Positions 34,860 to 44,291 of a stretch of DNA of 64,000 bases are shown here, piece by piece. The number at the start of each line of letters is the position of its first letter. Position 1 is the first letter of the stretch. Both the position numbers and the translations under genes were made by a program. The stretch comes from Desulfuromonas sp. (GTDB taxonomy: Bacteria > Desulfobacterota > Desulfuromonadia > Desulfuromonadales > UBA2294). The stretch lies in contig PKUH01000001.1 in assembly GCA_002869615.1 (NCBI GenBank), forward strand, positions 71,937 to 135,936. Direction: 5' to 3'. The notes below the pieces were generated by a model that ran no database searches, was not told where the DNA came from, and was given only the letters and a program-made list of their open reading frames with translations.

Positions 34860-37028
34860 TCAGGTCGCTCCCGGCCGTTTCAGTAAAAAACAGTAGTGAA
34901 TTTTCGGGTTCCGCTGAAAATCCTCCGGAATGGTTTGCGCCGAGATGTCCCTGACTTCGAGCTGCGGAAAAGCATCGACATCGAACTTGAACCGCCGGAA
35001 GTTGGTCGAGAAAATGATCGTGCCGTTGTTCGCCAGCAGCTTGAGTGCCGCTTGCAGCAGTGCGCCATGATCGCGCTGGATCTCGAACGTATCATCCATC
35101 CGCTTGGAATTGGAAAAGGTCGGAGGATCGATGAAGACCAGGTCGTACTCCCCTTCGGCCTGGCCGAGCCACTCGGTACAGTCGGCCTGAATCGTCCGGT
35201 GGGCGTCGGCGCTGAAGCCGTTCAACTCAAGGTTGCGGCGGGCCCAGTCGAGATAGGTATTCGACATGTCGACGCTGGTCGTTTCGCTGGCACCGCCGAG
35301 GGCAGCATGAACCGAGGCGGCACCGGTATAGGCAAACAGGTTAAGGAACCGTTGCCCTTCGACCATTTCTCCGATCATCCTCCGGACCGGCCGATGATCG
35401 AGAAAAAGCCCGGTATCGAGGTAGTCGGTCAGGTTGACGAGCAGTCGGGCCCGCCCCTCGCCAACTTCGAGGAATTCACCCTCCTGTCCCTGACGACGGT
35501 ATTGCGAACTCCCCTTCTGACGTTGCCTGACCTTGACGATCACCCGTTCCCGCCTGACCGAGAGAACATCAGGCAGAACCTCGATGATATCATCAAGCCG
35601 TCGACGTGCCGCTTCTTCGTCGATTGAAGCGGGCGGCGCATATTCCTGCAGGTGGACCCAGTCGCCGTACAGATCAACGGCAACGGCATATTCCGGCATA
35701 TCGGCATCATAAAGGCGATAACAGCTGATGCCATTTTTACGGGCCCATTTGCCGAGCCGCTTCAGGTTCTTGCGCAAGCGGTTGGCAAACATCTCGGCAC
35801 CGGCGGTTGACGCCGACTCGGCGGAAGCAGAAGTCTCCTTGTCAGATGCAGGCAGAACCTTCGCACCATCAGCCGGAACCAGGTAATGGAGCAACTGGCA
35901 TTCAATGGCGCCGTTGTAAACCGTCTCACTCTTTTCCGGACGCAGACCGATGGCATAGGCGAGCTGCTGGTCGCTGGTCAATACGGCTGCCTGCCAGCCG
36001 CCAAAGTCGGACTGCAACCGCTCACCGAGACGGGTATAGAGTCCACGCAGCCTCTTGCGCTCTCCGAGACGCTCGCCATAGGGTGGATTCACCAGCAAAA
36101 GCCCCTGTTTCCCTTCAGGAAAATATTCCTCGCGTGTTTCGAGCGCCCGTTTTTCGATATGAACTATTTTTTCCAGACCTGCGGCGGCGACATTGGCCAG
36201 GGCATGCCGCACCACTTTGCCATCGGCATCGTAACCAACGATCCGGGGTAGCCGCTGACACCCGGCGTCACGACGTTGCTCCGCCTCGGCAACCAGCGTC
36301 GCCCAGAGATCCGGTTGGTGCTGTTTCCACCCGATAAAACCAAAGTAATTACGCAAAAGTCCGGGGGCGATATCGGCGGCGATCAGCGCCGCCTCGATCG
36401 GCAGGGTTCCGGAACCACACATCGGGTCGCAGAAGGCGCCACCCGCCGCCGCGATCTCCGGCCAGTCGGCCTGCAACAATAACGCCGCCGCCAGGTTCTC
36501 TTTGAGCGGCGCTTCGCCGGCGTCCTGGCGGTAACCCCGCCGGTGCAGGCTGTCGCCGGAAAGGTCGAGCGCCAGACTCCCTTCTTGCTTGCGCAGATGA
36601 AAATTGAAGCGGACATCCGGGTTGCGAACATCGACCGATGGCCGCTCGCCGGTCCGGTCACGGAAACGATCGACAATGGCGTCCTTGATTCGCAGGGCGG
36701 CGTAATGTGAGTGGTTGAGCGGTGCAGCGACCAGAGTGACATCGATCGCGAAGGTCTGGTCGACTGAGAAATGCTCTTCCCAGGGAAAATCGTTGCATAA
36801 ACGATAAAGATCTTCTTCGCCGGCGATCGTCATCGACTGCAGCTTCAGCAGCACCCGGCTTGCCAGCCGTGACCAGAGGCAGCTGCGATAGGCGGTCGCC
36901 AGATCACCCGTGTAAGAGACGCCAGCCCGGATTTTGCGAATTTTACCGGCGCCCGACGCTTTCAGTTCCTTGAGCAGCAGTGATTCGAGACCCTTCGGAA
37001 CCGTGGCAAAAAGATCGAATTTTGTCAT
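34860..37028 (-). CDS. rlmL: bifunctional 23S rRNA (m2G2445/m7G2069) methyltransferase RlmKL
   Basis: A 722-aa protein with an N-terminal THUMP region (MTKFDLFATVPKGLESLL...). It has two SAM-MTase modules (DPMCGSGT...NPPYGERL, then a second C-terminal MTase ending IDPPTFSNSK). Confidence 0.85.
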   Translation of the reverse strand: MTKFDLFATVPKGLESLLLKELKASGAGKIRKIRAGVSYTGDLATAYRSCLWSRLASRVLLKLQSMTIAGEEDLYRLCNDFPWEEHFSVDQTFAIDVTLVAAPLNHSHYAALRIKDAIVDRFRDRTGERPSVDVRNPDVRFNFHLRKQEGSLALDLSGDSLHRRGYRQDAGEAPLKENLAAALLLQADWPEIAAAGGAFCDPMCGSGTLPIEAALIAADIAPGLLRNYFGFIGWKQHQPDLWATLVAEAEQRRDAGCQRLPRIVGYDADGKVVRHALANVAAAGLEKIVHIEKRALETREEYFPEGKQGLLLVNPPYGERLGERKRLRGLYTRLGERLQSDFGGWQAAVLTSDQQLAYAIGLRPEKSETVYNGAIECQLLHYLVPADGAKVLPASDKETSASAESASTAGAEMFANRLRKNLKRLGKWARKNGISCYRLYDADMPEYAVAVDLYGDWVHLQEYAPPASIDEEAARRRLDDIIEVLPDVLSVRRERVIVKVRQRQKGSSQYRRQGQEGEFLEVGEGRARLLVNLTDYLDTGLFLDHRPVRRMIGEMVEGQRFLNLFAYTGAASVHAALGGASETTSVDMSNTYLDWARRNLELNGFSADAHRTIQADCTEWLGQAEGEYDLVFIDPPTFSNSKRMDDTFEIQRDHGALLQAALKLLANNGTIIFSTNFRRFKFDVDAFPQLEVRDISAQTIPEDFQRNPKIHYCFLLKRPGAT

Positions 37029-37897
37029 CCGGCCTGCCCTGCCCTTTTTGCTACCGCCCGGCCAATCTCTTCGACACAGCTGTACGGGATCTTCAGGTTG
37101 CCACGACCACTACCGATCCGGATATCCCCTTTTGATTCACCATGAAAATCGGAACCACCGGTAATAATCAGATCGCGCCGCCGCGCTTCGGTAATCGCCC
37201 ATTCAATATCGTCGTTCGATCCGCCCGAATTATACGCTTCGACACCGTCGAGCCCGAGTTCGACAAAGGCATCGAGGAGATCCGATATCACCCGGCGCTC
37301 CGGCGAAATAAACGGTGGATGAGCAAGAACGGCAATACCACCGGCCCGATGCAGAAGGTTGATCGCTTCGTTGACCGGAAAATACCGTTTTTCAACATTG
37401 CAGTGAACAAGGTAACGCCGGAAGGCATCATCGGAATCGGCAACATGCCCTTGTTCGACCAGCTCCATGGCAATGTGCGGCCGGCCGATTGCGCCGGCGG
37501 CTCGGGCCTGGACCGCATCGAGCAATAGCTGAGTTTTACCCTCCGCTGCGAGCTTTTCATTGACCCGTTCAACAATCATGATGTTCCGGTTTTTACGAAA
37601 ATCGCGAAATCCCTGCAGAGCCGAGTTCAGACCGGAATGATGATGATCAAAGCCATAACCGAGCAGATGGATATCCTGGTAGCTTTCCCAGGCGACCGAC
37701 AGTTCAACACCGACCAGGACCTCAACGTCGTATTCAAGGCCGGCCTGTAACGCTTCGTCGGTGCCATCAACCATATCGTGGTCGCAGATCGAGGCCGCTC
37801 TCAGGCCGGCTTCGGCAACCCGGCGAATCACTTCGGACGGAGGATAGGACCCGTCTGAACAGTGGCTGTGCAGATGCAAATCAACAAATGATTTCAT
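37025..37897 (-). CDS. PHP-domain phosphoesterase (TrpH/YciV-like)
   Basis: MKSFVDLHLHSHCSDGS is the canonical PHP start. The internal Met at 37897 is preferred over the ORF-track start at 37966. The stop overlaps the rlmL start by 4 nt. Confidence 0.8.
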   Translation of the reverse strand: MKSFVDLHLHSHCSDGSYPPSEVIRRVAEAGLRAASICDHDMVDGTDEALQAGLEYDVEVLVGVELSVAWESYQDIHLLGYGFDHHHSGLNSALQGFRDFRKNRNIMIVERVNEKLAAEGKTQLLLDAVQARAAGAIGRPHIAMELVEQGHVADSDDAFRRYLVHCNVEKRYFPVNEAINLLHRAGGIAVLAHPPFISPERRVISDLLDAFVELGLDGVEAYNSGGSNDDIEWAITEARRRDLIITGGSDFHGESKGDIRIGSGRGNLKIPYSCVEEIGRAVAKRAGQAG

Positions 37898-38032
37898 AGA
37901 ACAAAAACTCCGAAATTTTAGTGACATATCACCGTATCTTAACATGCGAAGCGACGGCTTGACCATGATACACTTTTACGTGTAGATTGAATCGCATTAA
38001 AAGTGTCAGGGATCCCGTGGAGACGATATTGA

Positions 38033-38995
38033 ATGCCCCCGTTACTTGAAGTTCGTGATCTTAAAACCAGCTTCTTCACCGAAAAAGGGATTATCCGTGC
38101 GGTTGACGGCATCTCGTTCACCCTGCACCGTGGCAAGACCCTGGCCATGGTTGGAGAGTCGGGCTGCGGCAAGTCAATGACGGCGCTCTCTCTGCTCCGC
38201 CTGATTCCCGAGCCGGGGAGAATCACCGGTGGCGAAATACTTCTGGACGGCGAAAACCTGCTTGCCCTGTCGGAAGACGAGATGCGGTCGATGCGCGGCC
38301 AACATCTCGCCATGGTTTTCCAGGAACCGATGACGGCGCTGAATCCGGTGCTCAAAATCGGTGACCAGATCGCCGAAGTTTTGCAGCTGCATGAACGGCT
38401 GTCGTATCAAAAGGCACTCCGCAAGGCAGTTTCCCTGCTCGAGCAGGTCGGCGTACCCGACCCGCAGCAGCGACTGGACAACTATCCGCACCAGCTCTCC
38501 GGCGGTTTGCGCCAACGCGTCATCATCGCAATGGCGCTGGCTTGCGATCCGCAAATCCTGATTGCCGACGAGCCGACTACGGCGCTCGATGTTACTATCC
38601 AGGCCCAGATTATGGAGTTGCTGCGTCAACTTCAGGATCGCCACCAAATGGCGATCCTGCTAATCACCCACGATCTCGGAATCGTCGCCGAATCAGCGGA
38701 TGACGTTGTTATCATGTACGCCGGTCTGATTGTCGAGCAGACCGACGTTAAATCACTATTCAAAAATCCGTCCCACCCCTATACCCGTGGATTGCTCGCC
38801 TCTCTCCCCCGAACTGACGATAAGCGGGGGAGACTGACCCCGATCAAGGGTCAGGTGCCGCCGGCCCTCGACCGACCGACCGGCTGTCCCTTTCGCAATC
38901 GTTGTCCGGAAGCTATTGCAAAGTGCGCAGCGGCCTGCCCCGAGCTCAAGCCGATCGAGACCGGTCATGCCGTACGCTGCTGGAGGCGAGAATGA
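38033..38995 (+). CDS. oligopeptide/dipeptide-type ABC transporter ATP-binding protein (DppD/OppD-like)
   Basis: Motifs present are Walker [17 protein letters not shown], Walker [13 protein letters not shown] and the C-terminal oligo_HPY extension (HPYTRGLL...CPFRNRC). Confidence 0.85.
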   Translation: MPPLLEVRDLKTSFFTEKGIIRAVDGISFTLHRGKTLAMVGESGCGKSMTALSLLRLIPEPGRITGGEILLDGENLLALSEDEMRSMRGQHLAMVFQEPMTALNPVLKIGDQIAEVLQLHERLSYQKALRKAVSLLEQVGVPDPQQRLDNYPHQLSGGLRQRVIIAMALACDPQILIADEPTTALDVTIQAQIMELLRQLQDRHQMAILLITHDLGIVAESADDVVIMYAGLIVEQTDVKSLFKNPSHPYTRGLLASLPRTDDKRGRLTPIKGQVPPALDRPTGCPFRNRCPEAIAKCAAACPELKPIETGHAVRCWRRE

Positions 38996-39981
38996 AGCCG
39001 CTGCTTGAAATCCACAATCTTTCAAAATCGTTCCAGCTGACAACAAATACCCCCGGTGCCCGCAAACAGTTACTGCGGGCAGTCGACAATATCTCGTTTG
39101 CTCTCTTTCCCGGGGAAACTTTCGGACTGGTCGGTGAATCGGGTTGCGGCAAATCGACGACCGGTAAACTGATTCTCAGGCTGCTTGATGCCGATTCGGG
39201 CGAAATTATTTTCAACGGACAGAACCTGCGCAAGATCCCACCTGACCGACTGCGCAATCTGCGCCGCAATATGCAGATGATATTCCAGGATCCTTTTTCC
39301 TCGCTGAATCCACGCATGCGGATCGGCCAGATCATTGCCGAGCCGCTCAAAATTCATGGTCTCACCGGAAACGGAGATCTTAAGGAGTCGGTCTCCAGGC
39401 TGCTCGAGACGGTTGGACTCGACCAATCACTAATCGATCGCTTTCCGCATGAGTTTTCCGGAGGGCAGCGTCAGCGTATCGGTATCGCCCGGGCCCTGGC
39501 GGTCAAACCGCAACTGATCGTCGCCGATGAACCGGTCTCCGCCCTCGACGTTTCAATCCAGGCCCAGGTTATCAATCTGATGCGGGACGTGCAAAAGGAA
39601 TTCGGACTGACCTATCTTTTCATTGCCCACGATCTCGCCGTTATCAGACATATTTGCGACCGGGTTGCGGTCATGTATCTTGGCCGTATTGTTGAACTCG
39701 GGCCGGCCGCGGCACTTTACACTTCGCCACGGCATCCCTATACCGAAGCGTTACTCGCTTCAGTACCGGTTCCCGACCCCGAAGCAAAGAAAACATTCAG
39801 CGCCTTGCCGGGAGAGGTTCCCTCACCGGTCAACCCGCCGAACGGCTGTCACTTTCATCCCCGCTGCCGTTATGCACGCGATATCTGCAAAATAAAAGCA
39901 CCCGAATTGCTGAACATTGAAGAGGATCGGGAGGTCGCCTGCCACTTCAGCGACCAGGTCGGCCGAATCAAATCCGAATGA
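38992..39981 (+). CDS. oligopeptide/dipeptide-type ABC transporter ATP-binding protein (DppF/OppF-like)
   Basis: The ATG at 38992 ([14 protein letters not shown]) overlaps the upstream stop (ATGA). Motifs present are [29 protein letters not shown] and HPYTEALL...CHFHPRC. Confidence 0.85.
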   Translation: MKPLLEIHNLSKSFQLTTNTPGARKQLLRAVDNISFALFPGETFGLVGESGCGKSTTGKLILRLLDADSGEIIFNGQNLRKIPPDRLRNLRRNMQMIFQDPFSSLNPRMRIGQIIAEPLKIHGLTGNGDLKESVSRLLETVGLDQSLIDRFPHEFSGGQRQRIGIARALAVKPQLIVADEPVSALDVSIQAQVINLMRDVQKEFGLTYLFIAHDLAVIRHICDRVAVMYLGRIVELGPAAALYTSPRHPYTEALLASVPVPDPEAKKTFSALPGEVPSPVNPPNGCHFHPRCRYARDICKIKAPELLNIEEDREVACHFSDQVGRIKSE

Positions 39982-40220
39982 CTGATGATTCAACCAAAGT
40001 GGCGATTTTCCACCACTCAATGCAAATTGCCCTACTCATTTTCGCCAGAGATTGTGTCACCTGACCAGCAATTTCCGACATTTTTGCTAAAAAACGCCTT
40101 TTCACCAAAAACCAGCCAGTCTGAAAACAATTCACATGGTCAGACCAATTAGAGGTAAACCATTGTTCTCCCAACCTTTTCTATAATATTTACAACAAAT
40201 CGATTCATAATTACCAGATT

Positions 40221-40235
40221 TGGCACAGGCATTGC
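40221..40235 (+). promoter_or_regulatory. sigma54 (RpoN) -24/-12 promoter
   Basis: TGGCAC (40221-40226), 5 nt (aggca), then TTGC (40232-35) is an exact match to TGGCAC-N5-TTGC. The predicted start is near 40247. Confidence 0.7.
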
Positions 40236-40246
40236 TTCTAATGAAA

Positions 40247-40339
40247 GGTATGTTCGGGGATTTTACGCATCCTGATCAATCGGAAAGCATCCCCTTTTAC
40301 GCCGCCACGGGTACTCTCTCCCCCGGGCGGCGTTTTTTT
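40247..40339 (+). ncRNA. candidate sigma54-dependent small RNA or terminator-controlled leader upstream of ptsP
   Basis: It runs from the predicted TSS to an intrinsic terminator. Hairpin 1 pairs GGGGAT (40256-61) with ATCCCC (40289-94), with inner GC and UCC/GGA pairs. A U-rich linker follows, then the terminator hairpin. There is no SD or credible ORF downstream of the TSS. Confidence 0.45.
40300..40339 (+). terminator. rho-independent terminator
   Basis: CGCCGCC(A)CGGG pairs with CCCGGGCGGCG to give an 11-bp GC-rich stem with one bulge. The loop is 10 nt, followed by TTTTTTT (40333-40339). Confidence 0.75.
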
Positions 40340-40438
40340 ATTCGACTCACAATGCCTATTTCGACTATTATGCTAACTTAATGTCATGATATATTTTTAA
40401 AGTTCAATTCTATCTGTTTTTTTCCTCGGGGGAATCCA

Positions 40439-42793
40439 ATGGTTGCCAAACAATCAAATAAAGGATTCGGTGTCGCGACACTGGAGGATATCTCCGCTCT
40501 GATTCTGCAATCGCACGACCTCGACGAAACCCTGCGCAATATTGCCAACCTCGTCGCCAAACGGATGCGGACCGATGTCTGCTCGATCTATCTGCTCGAC
40601 ACGGATGACGAAACGCTGCGACTCCGGGCGACCAAAGGCCTCTCCAAGCGCGCTATCGGCAAAGTCACGATGAAAATCGGCGAAGGCCTTACCGGGATGG
40701 CCGCCCAGGAGCGCCGATCGATTGCTATCCAGGACCCTGAGAATCATCCCAAGTACCGCTACTTTAAAGAAACCGGAGAAGAAAAGTTCCATTCTTTTCT
40801 CGGCATACCGCTGTTCGACCGCAAAGCTCCACTTGGCGTTATCGTACTCCAGACCAAGGTGACACGCCAGTTCAGTGATGAAGAAATCAGCACCCTGACC
40901 ACGATCGCTTTTCAGGTGACATCGATTGTTATCAATGCGCGGCTTCTCGACCGCATCCAGCAAAAGGAACACGAAGCGACCCGGGTCACCCGCGAGCTTG
41001 CACAGGCCAAAAGAAGTCTCACTGAAGATAAAGATGATCAAGATGAAGATGTTCCGTTCAGTACCGTAATTCGCGGCAATGTCGCATACCCCGGTGTCGC
41101 GATGGGCCAGGCCAACATCCTGGAAGAACGTCTCGGTTTTTCCGATATTCTTGATGAAGAAGCTGTTGATGAGACAGAAGAGCTTGAACGTCTCGATGAC
41201 GCCCTCGAAAAAACACGTATCCAGACCATTTTCCTCGAAAAACGGGTAGCGGAAAGGCTCTCCGAAAGTGACGCCTCGATTTTCCACACCCACCAGATGA
41301 TTCTCGAGGACCGCTCCTTCATCAAAAAATTACAGGATCAAATCAAGAATGGTCATGGCGCACCTTATGCTCTCGAAAAGGTTGTCAGTGATTATATTGC
41401 AGCCTTTGAAAAAATGGAGGATTCATATCTTCGTGAACGGGCCGCTGACATGGAAGACATCGGTCGCCGCCTGCTGGCTAACCTGATCGGTGAAGAGAAC
41501 CACATGCTTCACCTCAAACATTCCGGCATCCTGGTCGCTCGGCAAATCCTTCCATCTGATATGGCCGCTCTTGATCATGAACAGATTACCGGGATTGTCA
41601 CCGAAGCGGGAGAGAAAAACTCGCATGCGGTGATCATGGCCAAATCGCTCGGCATACCGGCACTGGTCGGAGTTAAAAAAATTCTGAGCCGCATCGCTCC
41701 CGATGATGATTTGATTCTTGATGCCAATTCCGGAACCCTCTATGTAAATCCGAATGAGGCAATTGTTGAAGAATATACCCGTCTTGAAGAAGATCAGAAC
41801 CGTGAGCGGAGCCGACTCGATGCATTCCGCGACAAGCCGGCGGTCACGGCCGACGGAGAAAAAATTACCTTGCGCGCAAACATCGGACTGGTCAGCGATG
41901 TTCCGGTTGCTCTTCGCAACGGCGCCGAGGGCGTCGGTCTTTACCGGACTGAATTCCCCTATATGACCCGGGCCGATTTCCCGGATCGGCAGGATCAGTA
42001 CATGCTTTATCGAAAAGTCATCGAAGGTTTTAACGACAAACCGGTCACCATCCGGACTCTCGATATCGGTGGCGACAAAGCGCTCCCCTACTTCTCGCCA
42101 CCGGATGAAGACAACCCGTTCATGGGATGGCGCTCGGTCCGCGTTTCTCTTGACAACAGGGATATTTTCCAGACCCAGATCGAAGCAATCCTGATGGCCG
42201 GCATGCACGGTCCGGTCAAATTGCTCTTTCCGATGATTTCAAGCATGGATGAATTGATGGCCTGCAAGGAGGTTGTAGCCGAAGCGAGGGAAAACCTGCT
42301 GGCGGAAGGAGTCCTTTTTACCGATGAAGTCCCGCTTGGAATCATGATCTAGGTGCCGGCGGCTGTCCGTCTGGTCAAGCGCTTTGCCAATGAAGTCGAC
42401 TTCTTTGCCCTCGGCACCAATGACCTGATTCAGTACCTGCTTGCCGCCGATCGCAACAATCCCCTGGTCAGCAAATATTACGATCCGCTCCATCCTGCAG
42501 TCCTGCAGGTTTTGAATGAAGTCAAAACGACCGCTGCCAATCTCGGCAAGGGCGTTTGCGTTTGCGGTGAGCTGTCATCAGATCCGATCAACCTGATTCC
42601 ACTTATCGGCATGGGTATCCGTGAGTTCTCGATGCCGGCACCATTCATCCCCCGCACCAAGGCCTTTCTTGAAAAATTACCGGCGGATGTGGCCCGCAGG
42701 GCGGCCTGGGAGATCCTTGACATGGGAACCAGCAAAGAGATCCGGGAACATCTGGAGTCCGTACTCGAAGAGCTGAACAGCGAACCGGCCTGA
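40439..42793 (+). pseudogene. ptsP: phosphoenolpyruvate-protein phosphotransferase PtsP (EI-Ntr: GAF plus PEP-utilising domains) interrupted by an in-frame TAG at 42350-42352
   Basis: ORFs 40439-42352 and 42353-42793 are in the same frame, separated only by TAG. Together they read ...[37 protein letters not shown]... The N-terminus has a GAF domain. The phospho-His region is GEKNSHAVIMAKSLGIPA. The catalytic-Cys region VCGELSSD lies downstream of the stop. Confidence 0.8.
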
Positions 42794-42891
42794 AGATCTT
42801 TTCGGCACCCGGCGACACAGATCAGCAAGCTCCCGACCAGGGGATGCCCGGCAGACGAATCGTTTGCCGTCAAACAGCCGCGACACCCTGT

Positions 42892-43506
42892 TCAATCGGG
42901 GTTGCTTTCCTTTAGGTTGCGCAATTGATGATCGTGAATTTTCCCGAGGAAAACCAGGGCCGCAATCGCTCCGACCAACGCCAGAAACATATCGGACTGG
43001 GTATCCCAGACATATCCCTGGGTTCCGAGAAATGATTCGGCGGCCTGCTCCGAAAGAAGGGCAACCCACCACTCAATCAGTTCATAAAATGCGCTGAAAC
43101 CGAGGCAGAAGCAGACTATGAAAAAGTTGCGCCAGGCGCGACTGTTGAAAACAGTGCGGCGGATGACAATTTCCCGGGCAATCAGTGCCGGGATGAACCC
43201 CTGGGCAAAGTGGCCGAGCTTGTCGTAGTTGTTACGGTTTTGCCCAAAGGTGTCTCGAATCCAATCGAACAGCGGGACTTCGGCATAGGTATAATGACCG
43301 CCAACCATCAGGATGACACAGTGGATCAGAATCAAAAAATAAGCCAAAGACGTGAGTGGAAAGGTCTTGCGGGTTGAGGCAAGAAGCACAAAGGCTATGA
43401 TTGCCGGAGCGACTTCAAGAAGCCAGGTATAATAGTCTTTCGGATCGACCGCCGACCAGGCCAGAACGATCAGAAAAACAACCACCCAGAGTACCTGTTT
43501 GTTCAT
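42892..43506 (-). CDS. YjdF-family (DUF2238) inner-membrane protein
   Basis: The 204-aa protein has multiple TM helices. The central NNYDKLGHFAQGF motif is as I recall for DUF2238. Confidence 0.65.
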   Translation of the reverse strand: MNKQVLWVVVFLIVLAWSAVDPKDYYTWLLEVAPAIIAFVLLASTRKTFPLTSLAYFLILIHCVILMVGGHYTYAEVPLFDWIRDTFGQNRNNYDKLGHFAQGFIPALIAREIVIRRTVFNSRAWRNFFIVCFCLGFSAFYELIEWWVALLSEQAAESFLGTQGYVWDTQSDMFLALVGAIAALVFLGKIHDHQLRNLKESNPD

Positions 43507-43523
43507 AATCGGGAGTTTTCAGT

Positions 43524-44258
43524 CTATTCCGATTCATTCCTTACGACCAGAACATATCCATAGTCCTGACCGTCTTCCGTCTTCAGGGGCGATGCTGTCA
43601 GACTGAGGTATTGTCTTTCACCGGCTGGCGATACACCTTCCAGTCGATAAATCTCTCCCTCGAAGCGGGCCTTGATCATATCACTGAACTTGACCAGAGT
43701 GGAGTAGGCACCATCCGAGTCAAGACTATCGAGACGCTTGCCGACGATCGACTCATCACAACCAAAAATCTCCTTGGCCGCTTCATTCAACTCAGCGACC
43801 TGGAGCTCCTTGTCTGTAATAAAAATACCTTCACGGGCACACCGGAACAAGGCTTCCAGACGCATACGGAAGGTTTCGTTCTCTTCTATCAGTTGTTTAT
43901 GATCAAGCGCCATCCGGGTAACCCGCAGCAGGTTCTCCTGCATAACAGGTTTCGGAATGTAATCGAAAGCACCGTAACGAACAGCTTCGGCAGCCGTTTC
44001 GACCTCCGGCGCACCGGTAATCATGACAACCGGCGAAGTAATGCCGCGTTCCTTGATTTCGCGCAAGATTTCAAGACCGCTGTCACGACCGAGAAGAATA
44101 TCAAGAAAAACGAGATCAAACTCCTCATCGGCCAAAAGTTTTTTGCCGTCCTGAAGATTACTTGCTGTCTTAACGGCATAACCCTCGTCCTTGAGAAAAC
44201 TTTCAAAAGTAAAACGGATATTTTCTTCATCATCTACAATCAGAATCCTCGATGCCAT
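43524..44258 (-). CDS. response regulator: receiver domain plus C-terminal PAS domain
   Basis: The REC motifs are ILIVDDEE, DLVFLDILL and YIPKPV. The C-terminal half is PAS-like (REGIFITDKELQVAELNEAAKEIFG...). Confidence 0.8.
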   Translation of the reverse strand: MASRILIVDDEENIRFTFESFLKDEGYAVKTASNLQDGKKLLADEEFDLVFLDILLGRDSGLEILREIKERGITSPVVMITGAPEVETAAEAVRYGAFDYIPKPVMQENLLRVTRMALDHKQLIEENETFRMRLEALFRCAREGIFITDKELQVAELNEAAKEIFGCDESIVGKRLDSLDSDGAYSTLVKFSDMIKARFEGEIYRLEGVSPAGERQYLSLTASPLKTEDGQDYGYVLVVRNESE

Positions 44259-44291
44259 CGTTTCCTCCTGTCGAAATTATATATGCTTTAG

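Noticed and set aside
39968-40174. A 68-aa minus-strand ORF in the dppF-ptsP intergenic region.
   Set aside because: It has a TTG start with weak ribosome-binding context, overlaps the dppF 3' end, has odd Trp-rich composition and no motif. The region is more plausibly the upstream activator/IHF zone of the sigma54 promoter.
40241-40381. A 46-codon ATG-led frame (MKGMFGDFTHPDQSES…) within the candidate sRNA region.
   Set aside because: The ATG lies between the -12 element and the predicted TSS, so it would not be on the transcript. There is no SD. The frame reads straight through the terminator hairpin.
42350-42352. The TAG in ptsP as a pyrrolysine codon or other programmed recoding.
   Set aside because: The position corresponds to a universally conserved Glu of PEP-utilising enzymes, one base away from GAG. 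No pyl genes or PYLIS-like context are visible in the window. A nonsense mutation or sequencing error is the simpler reading.
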